Assembly: GCF_030028105.1 (NCBI RefSeq)
Contig: NC_092382.1
Location: forward strand, 59,347,764-59,411,763
Reading direction: 5' to 3'
DNA: 64,000 nucleotides
Origin: Mobula birostris
Taxonomy: Eukaryota
Shown here: one piece after another, positions 37,401-50,099 of the stretch
Numbering within the stretch: the stretch's first letter is position 1
How the letters are laid out: every line of letters begins with the position of its first letter
Made by a program: the position numbers and the translations under genes
The notes under the pieces: model-generated
The model's input: the letters and a program-made list of their open reading frames with translations, nothing else
Told to the model about the DNA's origin: nothing
Database searches by the model: none

Positions 37401-40199
37401 CCCATGGGTTTCTTCACCCATTTCTCATCATCAATTGCCCTGATCCACAGATACGTGAGATGCTGATAGAGCAGACACCCTGTAAGTACTTCCTGTCTAA
37501 GTGCAGAAGATAAACAGAACAGAGAAAGCAGGAAGATGGAAAAGAGTTGATACAGAAGATACTGGATTATGGTCATGAATGTATTATTCTATTCAATGTA
37601 TTGATGGGGTAGGGATGGGGTGGGACAGTGGGGTAATCTAAGTAAAAAATGCATAATTATCCAAGCAGTCTTTCTTCTGCATTTCCTACATCTTTTTGAT
37701 AAACAAGTTATTCTTTTCCAATTTTAAAGTAAATTCTATTATTAAACCACATATATATTACCATAAACAATCCTGAGATTTACTTTCTTGCATATCAATA
37801 GAATAACAATCATAACCAAATCAATGAAAGACCGCCCAACTAAGGTGTTCACCAGAGTGCAGAAGACAACAAACTGTGTAAATACAAAATGAAGAGATGA
37901 TCATAATAAATAAAAATGTGCTGAATATTGAAAACATGAGATGAAGAGCCCTTGAAAATGTATCAATTGGTTCAGGAAACATTTCACTGATGGACGAGGT
38001 GAAGTTGAGTAAAGTTATCCCCTTTGGTGCAAGAGCCTGATGGTTGAAGGGTGGTAACTGTTTCTGAACCTGTCCTTGATGTTAGTTGTTCCTGTTGACA
38101 GCGGCAGCTTTCCTGCCATAGCACTTCATGTAGATGTGCAGAATAGCTGGGAGGCCTTTATCGCTGACTGATTAGGCTGTATCCTTTACTTTTTGTAGGA
38201 TTTTTTGTTCAAGTACATAGGTGTTTCCATTCTGCAAAGGCCAGTAAGTTGTCAATGATGGAATGCAAGGACAGATACATTCATGATATTCTTATCTGTT
38301 TCAGTAATTGTGTCTGCATCTGTTGATACAAGGTATATGTTCCCGTTTTACTTCAGTGTGACATTATGCTCATTTATCTACGTTGTGAAAGTCAATGTAC
38401 TAAAGACACAGAATAATGCACAAATGTTTCCAGATAACTTTATGACAATAGGAACCAATCTAAATAGATTGCAGATAACATAATATATGGTGGCCATGTC
38501 CATCGGTAGGATAGTCTTGGGTTACAGGATGATATTGATTACTGGGGAAAATCGACAGAAAAACTTGCCCCACTCTTCTTGAACTCTCCCTCCCATCCCC
38601 TGCATGATCACAGACTCCTTGGTTAATGGTTTTGGCTGTTAAGAAAAAAGAAGTTGGCAACCCTGGTCTACATGATAATTTCTCCATAATTTTATCAAGT
38701 TCTATCAAGATTCCCCTCAGCCCCGAACATACCAATAAAAGCCCATGATTGTTGAAACTCTAAACTCTGTTTATAAACCTTGGGACAGGCAGCATCCTGG
38801 TAAATCTTACCTGTACATTTTGAAAGTCACCTTAGGGAGATTGGAATTGCACAATTGTATTCCAAGTGGAAACCGGAACGTTTCATGGAGCTGCTGTTGA
38901 CCTCCAACCAATAACAACAGGCGTGTCAATAAAAACAGGCCTTCGCCATTTTGTTGACTTGCATACCTTTGTTCACTTTTAACCTATTCTAAAATCAAAC
39001 TGAACTCTTCCTGCATGGTCGTTAAATATTTAATGGGGTAGTAAGTCCGGAATTTGATTGTAAATAAGGTGGGGCACTAGAAAACTGATTGAATGAGGAT
39101 GAACCAATCAGGATGGATGGACGATGGAGACCATGCTGTCTCCCTTTTTTGGGGATATGCTCCCATGGTGGAGGGGGTGGGTAGGTTAAGCATCTGCTAC
39201 TCGTTGTCCAAGGGTGACCTGCAGACTAGAGAAGGGAAGGAGCACATCAGGAAGAAGCGTGTGTACTACCCTTGTGGGGTTCAAGTTTAGGGGTTCAGGC
39301 TCAGGTGTTGTAGGAAGGATCTTTGTTTCGTCAGCCACTCCTGTCACCACTCACAGTCCTGGCAGTGAGGCAGTGGGATACATGTGCTTAAACACCTGGG
39401 AGGGTAGCGGATAACAGTCTATTAATCCCGAGCTTCTAAATAATCTGGAATAAACCAGCAATGGCAGACAAGAAGATCAATGCGCCTTGATGTACCTTGC
39501 AAGATTGGTTTATTGTTGACACCTGTACCGAGGGACAGTGACAGTCTTGTCTTGAGTACCGTACACAACAATCAGAACACTACACTGTGCACTGCGGTAG
39601 AACAAGGTAAATCAATAACAGAACGCAGAATCGAGTATAACTGCCTCAGATAAAGAGATAAAGTGCAGTGCAGTTAAACAATAACGATATTGTGGCGCAC
39701 CGGACGGCAACTTGTTAAACGGCAATACGGAGTCGAACAGCGATTCCCGCCACGACTCAAAGTTTCTTCTCATCGAGGTCGTCCGAGTGCGCGCTCTTGT
39801 CACAGAATCTTCTTGGAGCCAGCAAAGCGCTGGATCACTCAAACCATCTCCAGGCTGTAAATCGCAGCCTTTACCTGTCCCAGAAACACATTAAAGATAA
39901 AAAAAAAACAGACATAAAAGAAGTAAAAAATATATATATATTCGTGTCCTATGAGAGAGATGTCGACCGAGAGAGCGTTTCTCCAGCATTTGTGTCTGTT
40001 TTGGAAGAAGATGGTTGGATTCTAATCCAGGATCATTCCTCCCCCGAAGTCCAGTGCGGATGCCACTACATCACTGGCCAGATGGACAATAAGGTGCAAG
40101 ATGCTAATCCAGTACATTGAGGTCGAGTCCATCTAGTTATAGTAGGGATATTCTTATCGCATAAGAATATTATAAAACGTAATCATTGTCCTTATAACA

Positions 40200-40460
40200 G
40201 ACTGTCCATGAGCCTGGCAGTGTCAGCTTTCAGGCTTTAGTATCTTCTGTCCAGTTAGAGGGGAGACAGGATGTCTGGGGTGAGTGATTATACTGGCTGC
40301 TCTACAAGGCAGTGGGAAGTGAAGACAGAGTCCACGGAGGGGAGGTTGGTTTCCGTGACATGCTGAGATGTGTTCGTAACCCTCTGCAGTTTCTCACAGT
40401 CACAGGAGGAGTATTTTGCTGTACCAAGCCATGATATCAGGATGCTTTCCGCCAAGGTCA
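40200..40460 (-). mobile_element. Rex1/Babar-type LINE C-terminal fragment
   Basis: ESILISWLGTAKYSSCDCEKLQRVTNTSQHVTETNLPSVDSVFTSHCL in ORF 40288-40665. Confidence 0.7.
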
Positions 40461-40999
40461 AGGTGGATGTGGCTACAGGGGCGTGGGCTGCCACATTTAC
40501 CTGTCTGGATAGGGGGAGGAAATTGCGATGTGGCCCCACAGATGTTTCCATGGCCTGTGGTGGGGAGGTGGGTGATCTTACGTCTGGCTCTGTGTATGAA
40601 CCTCTCAGTCCACGACGGGAGTCCAGCTCCTTGTGTTCGAGGGAGGAAGTGCTGTGGCCGTTCACTTCGGCTGATCACTGTATCCACCTGTCCCGGTGCA
40701 GAACAAACATCCTCCAGCAGTTCTCCCACCTATTGCTTGTCGGAACATCGCAGACTCCGCCCACCCGTAGGTTCCTCTTGACCGGAAAACTCTGGTTTTC
40801 TATGGAACTCTGGTCAGATTGCACGTGGGGTATTGCATTTAGTTTCGGTCGCTCCATATCAGATGAATGCCGAGGATTTGGAAAAGGCATAGAAGAGGTT
40901 GTAAGGAGGACCTTTAGGAGGGGATCTAGAAGGTGGAGTTGCACAAAGTTGGATTGTTCTTTCCGGAGTGGTGGGAGCCAAGGGGAGAACTGAGAGGAT

Positions 41000-41500
41000 C
41001 ATTATTGTCATAAAAGGAAGTGATGTTACAGCTTTATCAATCTCTGGTTAGGTTGCATCTGGAGTTTGCAGTCGCCCCATTACAAGAAGGAGGCCAAGGC
41101 TTTGGAGAGGGGAAAGAAGAGGTTTATAGGGAGGAGATCTATAAGGAGGATTTGCAAGAACTTGTGTTATTCTTTCCAGAATGGCAGCTACCAAGGGGAG
41201 ATAGAGAGGCCTATAAGAGTCATAAATGCGGTAGGCAACTGTGATCTTTCTCACAATATCAAAATACCGTATAACAGAGGACACACAGTTAAGGTGAGAG
41301 AGGAAAATGTTCAAAGGAGGTCTGCGGAGAAATGTTTAATATAAAACAAAGCCGAGAGTTGCGGTTTCTGGAATGTATTTCTAGCTTGGTAGTGAAGGCA
41401 GTGGTGTGTTTCAGATTCTGTGATAGACAAACAAACACACAGAGAAAGGATGGATATAGACAACACGCAGGCAGGGTGATTAGTATAATTAGGCATCATC
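41000..41500 (+). mobile_element. Decayed CR1 3' region
   Basis: MLQLYQSLVRLHLEF and SPHYKKEAKALE, broken across frames. Confidence 0.75.
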
Positions 41501-42280
41501 GGCTAAATCATATCAACCCAACATCACAGACTGAATTGTCTCTTCCTGTCCTACAATGTCTAACTGGAGAAATAATCACTGATGAGGGAAATTTATTTTC
41601 CACTTCATGTTGAATATCAGTTCCTTCATTCTGAGTCTGTGACCGATGGTAATAGAATTCTCATTCAGGGGAAACGTCCTCCCAGCCATCGGTCCGAATT
41701 ATCTGGAAGAATCCATCAATTCTCCTCACAATTCCAGAAAATACAGGCCTAGCTCATTCACTCTCCCCTCACACAGACAGCTTGCTATCTCTTGAAGCAG
41801 TCAAGTCAGTGTGAGGAACTGTGATTAGACCTGGAAATAATATTCAATGTGCATTCAGGCAGAGGGATTAGTTTAATGAGGCTTAATTACGTCAGCCCAA
41901 CATCACAGACCAAATAGCCTTCTCCTTTCCTGCACTGCTGTATGTTTTAACTGGAGAAAGAATCACTGATTAAGGACATTTGCTTTCCACTCCTTCCTGA
42001 ATATCCATTCCTTCATTCTGGGACTGTGACACATGGTATTAAAATTATCATTCAGGGGAAACATTCTCCCTGCAATTGGTCTGAATGATCTGAAATAAGC
42101 CAGCAATTCTCCTCACAATTCCGGAGAATACAGACTCAGTCTCCCCGCACGCAGCAAGTGTGTCCTCCCAGGAACGAGACCTGTCAGCGTGAGGAATAGT
42201 CTCCGCACCCTCTCTTCAATAGGGATAACTTTCCCAAGGAAATGCGACAAAACCTGGAACTAATATTCAACGTACATTCT
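41470..42280. repeat. Diverged ~390-bp tandem duplication of CR1-derived sequence
   Basis: 'cccaacatcacagac...taactggagaaa.aatcactgat...ttccttcattctg...tcattcaggggaaac' occurs at ~41517 and ~41896. Confidence 0.75.
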
Positions 42281-43398
42281 CACCACACCCTGTAGGACCC
42301 CTCCCAGTCAGACATCTCTATACCTCTTCTCCAATCCTCCTGTATCACGGCACAGAATATCATTTGGCTCCCTAATTATTTGTGATACGTGAACGTTAAC
42401 TATTAGTGATTTTTTGACAAGGACTGTCAGGTCCCTATGAACCGGTCACTCTGTCCCCATGTAAATGTGGATTTTCTAGTTTGTTCCTCTGGGAATGAAT
42501 GGCCTCGCATTCCCCCATATTCTGTCTGTCTGCCACATCTTCACTCCGTCACTTCTGTCTGCATCCCCAAACTCTCGCTGCGTCCTTCTCAAACCTTGCC
42601 TTTCAGCTCTGTACAACAGCCAACATGGATATAATAAAGTTGGTCCTCACATCCAAATCGCCAATGTAGACTATGAACAGCTGGGGTCTCAGCCACAAAC
42701 CCTGAGTCACCTAAATGTTGAACGTGTTCCATTTACTTCCTCTATCTGACCTTCACCTGCTGACTAATTCTCACACAGGCATAGTGTCCCGAACCCCATG
42801 TGCTTATCCGATCCTTTCTTAGGTTCTTCCAATAGCACATTCATCAGCTCTCAATTAAACGTCTGTTTGTCCAATCCTGAATCCACACTGACTCTGCCAG
42901 CCCCAGTGAGTATTTGGGGACTTGGTCTGTGTCTCTACCTGTAAGATACTGATACACAATTCAATGGGAATATTACCCATCTGTGGTTCAGTGTAACCGT
43001 TGTATTGGTGACCTGTGTCGGGGTCTTGGGTTCAGTGTGGGACTGAATCTGAATATCTCTGCTGTCTGAAACTGTGGAACTGATGAGCTGTCAGTGTCTC
43101 TGTGTTCTGTAACATACCTTGTGTGTCAGACAGGAGCGGCTGATCTGGTGCCTCGACAGGAGGGAATATGGTAGTTGATTGCAGTTTGTTTTTCCAGTGG
43201 GTACGAGAAAGAAACTCGGTCAGTGAGGGAGAGGTAAATGTCATGTGGTTCTGTGAAGCGGCCGTTGCAGCCTGTGCCATTGTCAATCTGTCGGTCTGAC
43301 TCTCTCTCTCTCTTTCACACATATATAACATTGCATCTGATGCTTGTCTTTCTTTCATTCACGTTCAGCTATCCTGCATCAATTCACCTCCCAATTTA

Positions 43399-43935
43399 TT
43401 AGATTATGAAGACATGCAGTCCTCTTCTACTGTCATTTAGTAATGCATGCATTAAGAAATGATACAATATTTCCTCCGGTGTGATATCACAAAACACAGG
43501 ACAAGCCAAGACTGAAAAAAACTGACAAAACTACATAATTATAACATATAGTTACAATAGTGCAACAATACTGTAACTTGATGAAGAAGCCCATGTGCAC
43601 AGTAAAAGTTCAAAGTCTCTCAAATGTCCCTCATCTCACGCAGACGGGAGAAGGAAGAAAAACTCTCCCTGCCATGCCCGATCACAATCCGTCTCTGAGT
43701 CATCCGAAAGCTTCGAGACTCCGAATCAGCTCTCCGACACCAAGTACTGAGTGCAATCTCTGTACGAACGATTCGACCTCAATCTCGGTCGCCAACAGCA
43801 GGCAAAGCCGGGGATTTTGAGTTCTTCCCTCCGGAAGATTCCCGACCGCGCCATAACGACAGCAGCGAGCGAGTGCTTCTGAAATTTCTCCAGATGTTCC
43901 CCTGTGCTTTCACGTCCGTCTCCATCAAATCAGAA
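43399..43935 (-). mobile_element. Non-autonomous SINE-like element (second copy at 63586-64000)
   Basis: 'ttagattatga.gaca...gtcatttagtaatgcatgcattaagaaatgatacaat...gtgtgatatcaca' is shared with 63586 onward. Confidence 0.75.
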
Positions 43936-44371
43936 TTTAGAGTCCTGTTTTTAATATTTAAGCGGTCTTCGCATTCCTTTGCCGATCGAAGCATTTCTTT
44001 GTAATTTTCGTTTGATCTCTTGCAGGTTTGAGATGCTCTTAAACGCCTATTACATCAGTAACATGTCAAAATTCTCCGCAGAGCTTTGCCAGCACTTTGT
44101 GTGTGTTGCCTTGAATTTCCAGCATCTGCAGGTTATCTCATGTTTTGTACATCAGCATCGTGATCATCTGATCACTGCCATCCCGTATGTGTGTGTGTGT
44201 GTGTGTGGCCAGGATGATGTCGAACGTGCAAAACCGCAGGGACAGAAGTTGGGAGTCGGACGTGTCGTTGAACTCTGTTTACAAATGGATAATTAGCGAA
44301 GACAAAATTGAAATCTGTAAATGTGGCTGCTTCGGGTCTTTGTCAATAGAACTCCGACATTCTTTTCAATA

Positions 44372-45675
44372 GAACACACATCAAAGTTGCTGGTGAATGC
44401 AGCTGGCCAGGCAGCATCTCTAGGAAGAGGTACAGTCGACGTTTCAGACCGAGACCCTTCGTCAGGACTAACTGAAGGAAGAGTGAGTAAGAGATTTGAA
44501 AGTTGGAGGGGGAGGGAGGGGGAGATCCAAAATGATAGGAGAAGACAGGAGGGGGAGGGATGGAGCCAAGAGCTGGACAGGTGATTGGCAAAGCGGATAT
44601 GAGAGGATCATGGGACAGGAGGCCTAGGGAGAAAGAAATGGGGGAGGGGGAAGCCCAGAGGATGGACAAGAGGTATAGTGAGAGGGACAGAGGGGGAAAA
44701 AGGAGAGAGAGAGAAAAAGAATGTGTGTATATAAATAGATAAATAACGGACGGGGTACGAGGGAGAGGTAGGGGATTAGCGGAAGTTTGAGAAGTCAATG
44801 TTCATGCCATCAGGTTGGAGGCTACCCAGACGAAATATAAGGTGTTGTTCCTCCAACCTGAGTATGGCTTCATCTTTACAGTAGAGGAGGCCGGGAATAG
44901 ACATATCAGAATGGGAATGGGACGTGGAATTAAAATGTGTGGCCACTGGGAACTCCTGCTTTCTCTGGCGGACAGAGCGTAGGTGTTCTGCGAAACGATC
45001 TCCCAGTCTGCGTCGGGTCCCGCCAACATATAGAAGGCCACATCGGGAGCACCGGACGCAGTATATCACCCCAGCTGACTCACAGGTGAAGTGTCGCCTC
45101 ACCTGGAAGGACTGTCTGGGGCCCTGAATTGTAGTGAGGGAGGAAGTGTAAGGGCATGTGTAGCACTTGTTCTGCTTACAAGGATAAGTGTCAGGAGGGA
45201 TATCGTGGGGGCGGATGGGGGCCGGGGTGGGGGTGGGGGGACGAATGGATAAGGGAGTCGTGTAGGGAGCGATCCCTGCAGAAAGCAGAGAGTGGAGGCG
45301 GGGGCGAGGGGGGGGGGGAGGGAAAGATGTGCTTAGTGGTGGGATCCCGTCGGAAGTGGCGGAAGTTACAGAGAATTATATGTTGGACGTGGAGGCTGGT
45401 GGGGTGGCAGGTAAGGACCAGGGGAACCCTATTCCTATTTGGGTGGAGGGAAGATGGAGTGAGAGCAGATGTGTGTGAAATGGGGGAGATGCGTTTGAGA
45501 GCAGAGTTGATGGTGGAGGAAGGGAACCCTCTTTCTTTAAAAAAGGAGGACATCTCATTCGTCCTGGAATGAAAAGCCTCATCCTGAGAGGAGATGCGGC
45601 GGAGACGGAGGAATTGCGAGAAGAGACAGGGTGAGAAGAGGAATCGTCCAGATAGCTGTGAGAGTCAGCAGGGTT
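44372..45675 (-). mobile_element. Penelope-like element, 5'-truncated (RT C-terminus, GIY-YIG endonuclease, terminal region)
   Basis: DSHSYLD, MSSFFKERGFPSSTI, GVIYCVRCSRCGLLYVGGTRRRLGDRFAEH, RLEEQHLIFRLGSLQPDGMN; terminal 'gtcgacgtttcagaccgagacccttcgtcaggact'. Confidence 0.93.
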
Positions 45676-46084
45676 GTTTCCACTGCCACATGTCCAGTCC
45701 TGGTATTCAGCATTCTCGGATTGGAATCGAAACCAGCCTCTATGGATTCTGAAATCTGGATCTAAAAATAAACCGCTGTAGGATTCATCGATAGACCTCA
45801 GTGGGTCACGCAGATTTCCTTTCTCGAGGTGAGTAACCGCTGAGGTAATGCCTAGGAATTTAGAAGTGCTTGTCTTCAGTCGGCTGAATATTGACATCAG
45901 AGACAATGAATGGTGTTCAATTCCCATGTTTATTCAAGTGACTGTTGTCAGTTCGTCAGCGGCATAACCGTATCTCTGGAGACTGATCCTTTGTATAAAT
46001 CAGAGCCGTTTTGAATGCATTAGCTCAGAGTTGCTGAAGGAGCTGTGAGTTCAGAAGCAAGACAATTGGCAGATTATTCCTGAA

Positions 46085-46154
46085 ATGGGGTATCCAGTCC
46101 TTTTGCGGATAGGAGAAGTTTACTATCCATTTATTTCAGCCTTTGGAATTCCCG
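46085..46154 (+). CDS. GPR139-like class A GPCR, exon 1 (MGYPVLLRIGEVYYPFISAFGIP)
   Basis: ATG at 46085; ends ATTCCCG|gtaagc, phase 1; supplies the first half of TM1. Confidence 0.88.
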
Positions 46155-47464
46155 GTAAGCCGCCGTATCAGCTGCCGTTGGTGGGAATTGAAGTTAAATG
46201 CCAACGTAGTGATCGTTTCTGTCGCTGGTTTCCACGGTCACATGCTCAGTCCCAGTGTTCGGCATTCTCGGAATGGAATCGAAACCAGCCACTGTGGATT
46301 CTGATGTCTGGATCTAAAAATAAACGCTGTAGAAATCATCGGTGGACCTCAGTGGGGCAGGCGGATTTCTTCCAGCGGTTTGTGTTTCAATGATGTAATG
46401 CTCGGGTCTCTGTGCTTTTGGTCTCGAAGCAGCTACACTGCATTTGCCAATATTGTGTTTATACTGCTGTGGAGATTTTAACAATTGCTTGTCTGCATTG
46501 GTATGTCAGCGGTCGTGTGAGCCACGTGTAATGATCAAACCATCGATTAGTGATAACGATTTAGGAAATGTGATGAGTTCCATGTTGCAGCATGGAACTT
46601 GAGGATTTTTAGTAAATGTGTGCGGTGTGACAGAAAATAAAACAGTTGATGGACAACACAATGACGTCGCTGCTGATCAATACTGTGAAGTGTATTCTAT
46701 CATATCCACATCTGACCCCTCTACAGACATTGCACTGCGTCACCGAGTCTGCTACTGGACGTTGAATACCTCTCCCCGGCTTCGTTGTGATGGATTCAGT
46801 CGGAGGCTTCGAGTATATCTGTGAGACTGTATCAGTCTACGCTGTGACTGCTGCCTCGGACAATGTTCTGTTGTAAAATCAGCGAGGTGAGAAATGCTGG
46901 TATAGGGAACAAACACGGGGCATGCTGGAGGCACAAAGTAGCATCTATAGAAAGAGAAAGTCGTGTCATAGGGGCTCTCTGTAAACAGTTCAAACAAAAT
47001 ACACGCTAACTGCTTTCCCACATATTCTATTTTGCCTGGATGAGTGGTTCCGGGATTTCCTGTTTCTGTTTCGTCCTTCGGCTATTCTGTCGCTGACAGG
47101 GAGTTGCATGGAAGTTGATGATTGTCTAATGCCAGAATCCCGCCATCAGCGTCCAGATTTATTAATTTCATTCATATCAGACGCGGATGACGCCGATAGA
47201 AAATGTTTCAACCAGTACTGACTCTGAGGTTACCTTGCTTTATCTTTCCGCTGCCTCTTCACATTTTGGTCATCAGAAAGGAATCTGAATTCAAATCATT
47301 TGGCTTTATTTTTATGCATAAACTCAGTCAGCTCTTCGACATTTCTTCACCCTTCTACCGCTAAATGCAGCATTAAAGTCCAAATATTACATGATCCCCG
47401 AAAACTGCTGCATTGGGTTCTGCTCAGTTTTTTCTCAATTTGCTATTTCCTGTCTCTCTTCCAG

Positions 47465-48372
47465 CGAACCTGGTGGCGATCGTGATCCTTTCCCGGGGGA
47501 AGTGCGGTCTCTCCAAATGTGTTACTCGCTACCTGGTGGGAATGGCAGCGGCCGATCTCCTGGTCGTTATCTCGCAACCGCTGTTGATGTGGACTGCTTG
47601 GATTTATTTTCCACAATCATTCCTGTTCATTACTCCTGTGTGCAGTCTCGCCAGATGGTTGATTTTTGCGAGCACCGCGGCCTCTGTCTGGCTAACTGTC
47701 GCTTTCACCGTCGATCGATTTGTGGCTATTTGCTGTGAGAAGCTAAAAACAAAATATTGCACCGAGAGAACGGCGGCTGTGGTTATCGGGACAGTGAGTG
47801 TGCTGGCCTGTTTGGAGAATGTCCCTTGGGGCTTTACTTCTGAACCTCTTGTAATAATTGATGGTGTTCCCTGGTATTGTGTTCCTACATCGAGCTACAA
47901 ATACTCTTCTTCATGGGCGGTATTTGAGATGCTTCACCGCATTTTTACCCCTTGTGTCCCATTCTTTCTGATTTTGTTGTTCAATATTCTGACAGCCAGG
48001 CGGATTCTAGTGGCCAGTCGAGCCCGCAGAAGGCTCCGGGGACAAAAGAGTGGAGAGAATGACAAGGACCGGGAGATGGAGAACCGACGCAAATCCATCG
48101 TTTTGCTCTTCAGCATAACCGGTAGTTTCATATTGTTGTGCGGAACACGTTTGGTATTTTATATCTATCAACGGATTTCAATGAGTTTTGTTTATTATTC
48201 TGTCATGCATCCTGTTTACATTGTACAAGAGACATCGGGAATGCTTCAGATCATCAGTTCCTGCACCAACACGTGCATTTACGCCCTGACTCAGAGCAAA
48301 TTCCGACAGGACCTCAAGAATGCGGTGATATACCCACTGAAATGGATTTTGAAACTCATTCAGCGGATATAA
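47465..48372 (+). CDS. GPR139/GPR142-like class A GPCR, exon 2 (spliced product 325 aa)
   Basis: 'ctctcttccag|CGAACCTG'. Motifs: ANLVAIVILSRGKCGLS, MAAADLLV (TM2), FTVDRFVAICC (DRY-like), NTCIY (NPxxY-like), seven hydrophobic segments. TAA at 48370-48372. Confidence 0.93.
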
Positions 48373-49064
48373 ATAAATGCTGTGCAGTGGTACAATTCAG
48401 CTGCTTTCATGTCCCTATTCTGTACTCCCACTTGTGAGCAAACGGAAACAATACGATGAACAGAGTTACAAACAAAGCATGAGAAACTCGGTCGATGCTC
48501 GAAATACAGAACGCACACGAAATCATGAAGATTGTCGGCCCGAATAGTTGAATGTTTACTTTTTTCCAAAGTTGCCCCCTATCTGCTGAGTTGCTCCAGC
48601 ATTTTGTGTGTGTTGCCTTACCGTTATAAAACAGCTATTTACAGCCGATCCCGACGGCACCAGTGGCCTCAGCATCCCAGAAAAATCCCCTTTGCATCTC
48701 ACCCTCGCCACACTGAAATTGAATCCTGAGGCGAACCTGTCACCCCTTCTTCCCGATTCTGACAAAACTGTCTGTTTTTGGAGTATAATTTCGTCGGTAT
48801 CAAGCACTCCTGTTCCCATCATTACCTGTCCTTTCCTTCGCGATCTTTTTCTCTTCTGTCTCTACTTTTGCTTTTGTTTTCCCGTTTGAACTAACTTTCA
48901 GTGTCAGAATTTTAGCTCTCAGAGAAAGAGTTGCGGGGGCGGGAGGTGTGGTTGAGTGGAAGAGGAGATGCTGTGAACCCAGAACAAAAGACACAGTGAA
49001 GAAACTGGGAACTGATATGGTCTAATCCTACACATAGTGCTGGAGAAAAGCTTCAGCTCAGGCA

Positions 49065-49065
<1 letters not shown>

Positions 49066-49127
<62 letters not shown>
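49066..49127 (+). repeat. (AG)n microsatellite, ~31 units
   Basis: Uninterrupted AG run. Confidence 0.97.
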
Positions 49128-49130
<3 letters not shown>

Positions 49131-49163
49131 AAAAGAAAGAATGAATATCCAATTCTGCCCAAA

Positions 49164-49658
49164 ATGTCCACAGTTTACTCTTCTCCATAGATGCTGATGT
49201 CCACAGTTTACTCTTCTCCATAGATGCTGATGTCCACAGTTTACTCTTCTCCATAGATGCTGATGTCCACAGTTTACTCTTCTCCATAGATGCTGATGTC
49301 CACAGTTTACTCTTTTCCATAGATGCTGATGTCCACAGTTTACTCTTCTCCATAGATGCTGATGTCCACAGTTTACTCTTCTCCATAGATGCTGATGTCC
49401 ACAGTTTACTCTTCTCCATAGATGCTGATGTCCACAGTTTACTCTTCTCCATAGATGCTGATGTCCACAGTTTACTCTTCTCCATAGATGCTGATGTCCA
49501 CAGTTTACTCTTCTCCATAGATGCTGATGTCCACAGTTTACTCTTCTCCATAGATGCTGATGTCCACAGTTTACTCTTCTCCATAGATGCTGATGTCCAC
49601 AGTTTACTCTTCTCCATAGATGCTGATGTCCACAGTTTACTCTTCTCCATAGATGCTG
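49164..49658 (+). repeat. 33-bp minisatellite, 15 copies, inside a Penelope terminal fragment
   Basis: Unit atgtccacagtttactcttctccatagatgctg with one variant at ~49314; continues into 'cctggtctgcagaactcctccagcgttttg'. Confidence 0.96.
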
Positions 49659-50099
49659 CCTGGTCTGCAGAACTCCTCCAGCGTTTTGGATTTCTAAAAT
49701 CTGCAGAGCTCCTCTTGTTTGTGTTTGGTCTAATCCTAGTCAGTGTCAACGAGATGTTCGGCTGTGCCAACACAGAACCGACCCTGGACAAAGAACAAGC
49801 GAATAATGGTTGAAAAGGACAGTGTTACAGAAACAGACACTTGATAATTAATGGAACAGAGGCTCAGTTAATTTTGAACTCATGCAACTGGAAAATTGGA
49901 GGATCTCTCTAAACAAACGCGATCAGGGATATTATTGTTTATACAATTAGAAAGGTGATGAGAGTAGTGGCAGTTTGTATTCAGATATTACATACTCCAG
50001 ACAAAACTGAATTGAGGAATCAATCTGAATCATTCAGTGGTTGGTCCGTGATGTCAATTAATGTTCATTGTGAGGGGATGATATCTAAATATAAACTCT

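Noticed and set aside
37049-37576. 175-aa ORF with a signal-peptide-like start
   Set aside because: The body resembles a decayed Penelope fragment also present at 34850-35290; no supporting exon structure.
47413-47464. ORF-track N-terminus MGSAQFFLNLLFPVSLP of the GPCR
   Set aside because: It is the intron pyrimidine tract (TTG start). The real start is in exon 1 at 46085.
48919-49791. 290-aa ORF with SASMEKSKLWT repeats
   Set aside because: Artefact of a stop-free 33-bp minisatellite plus (CT)n; no gene context.
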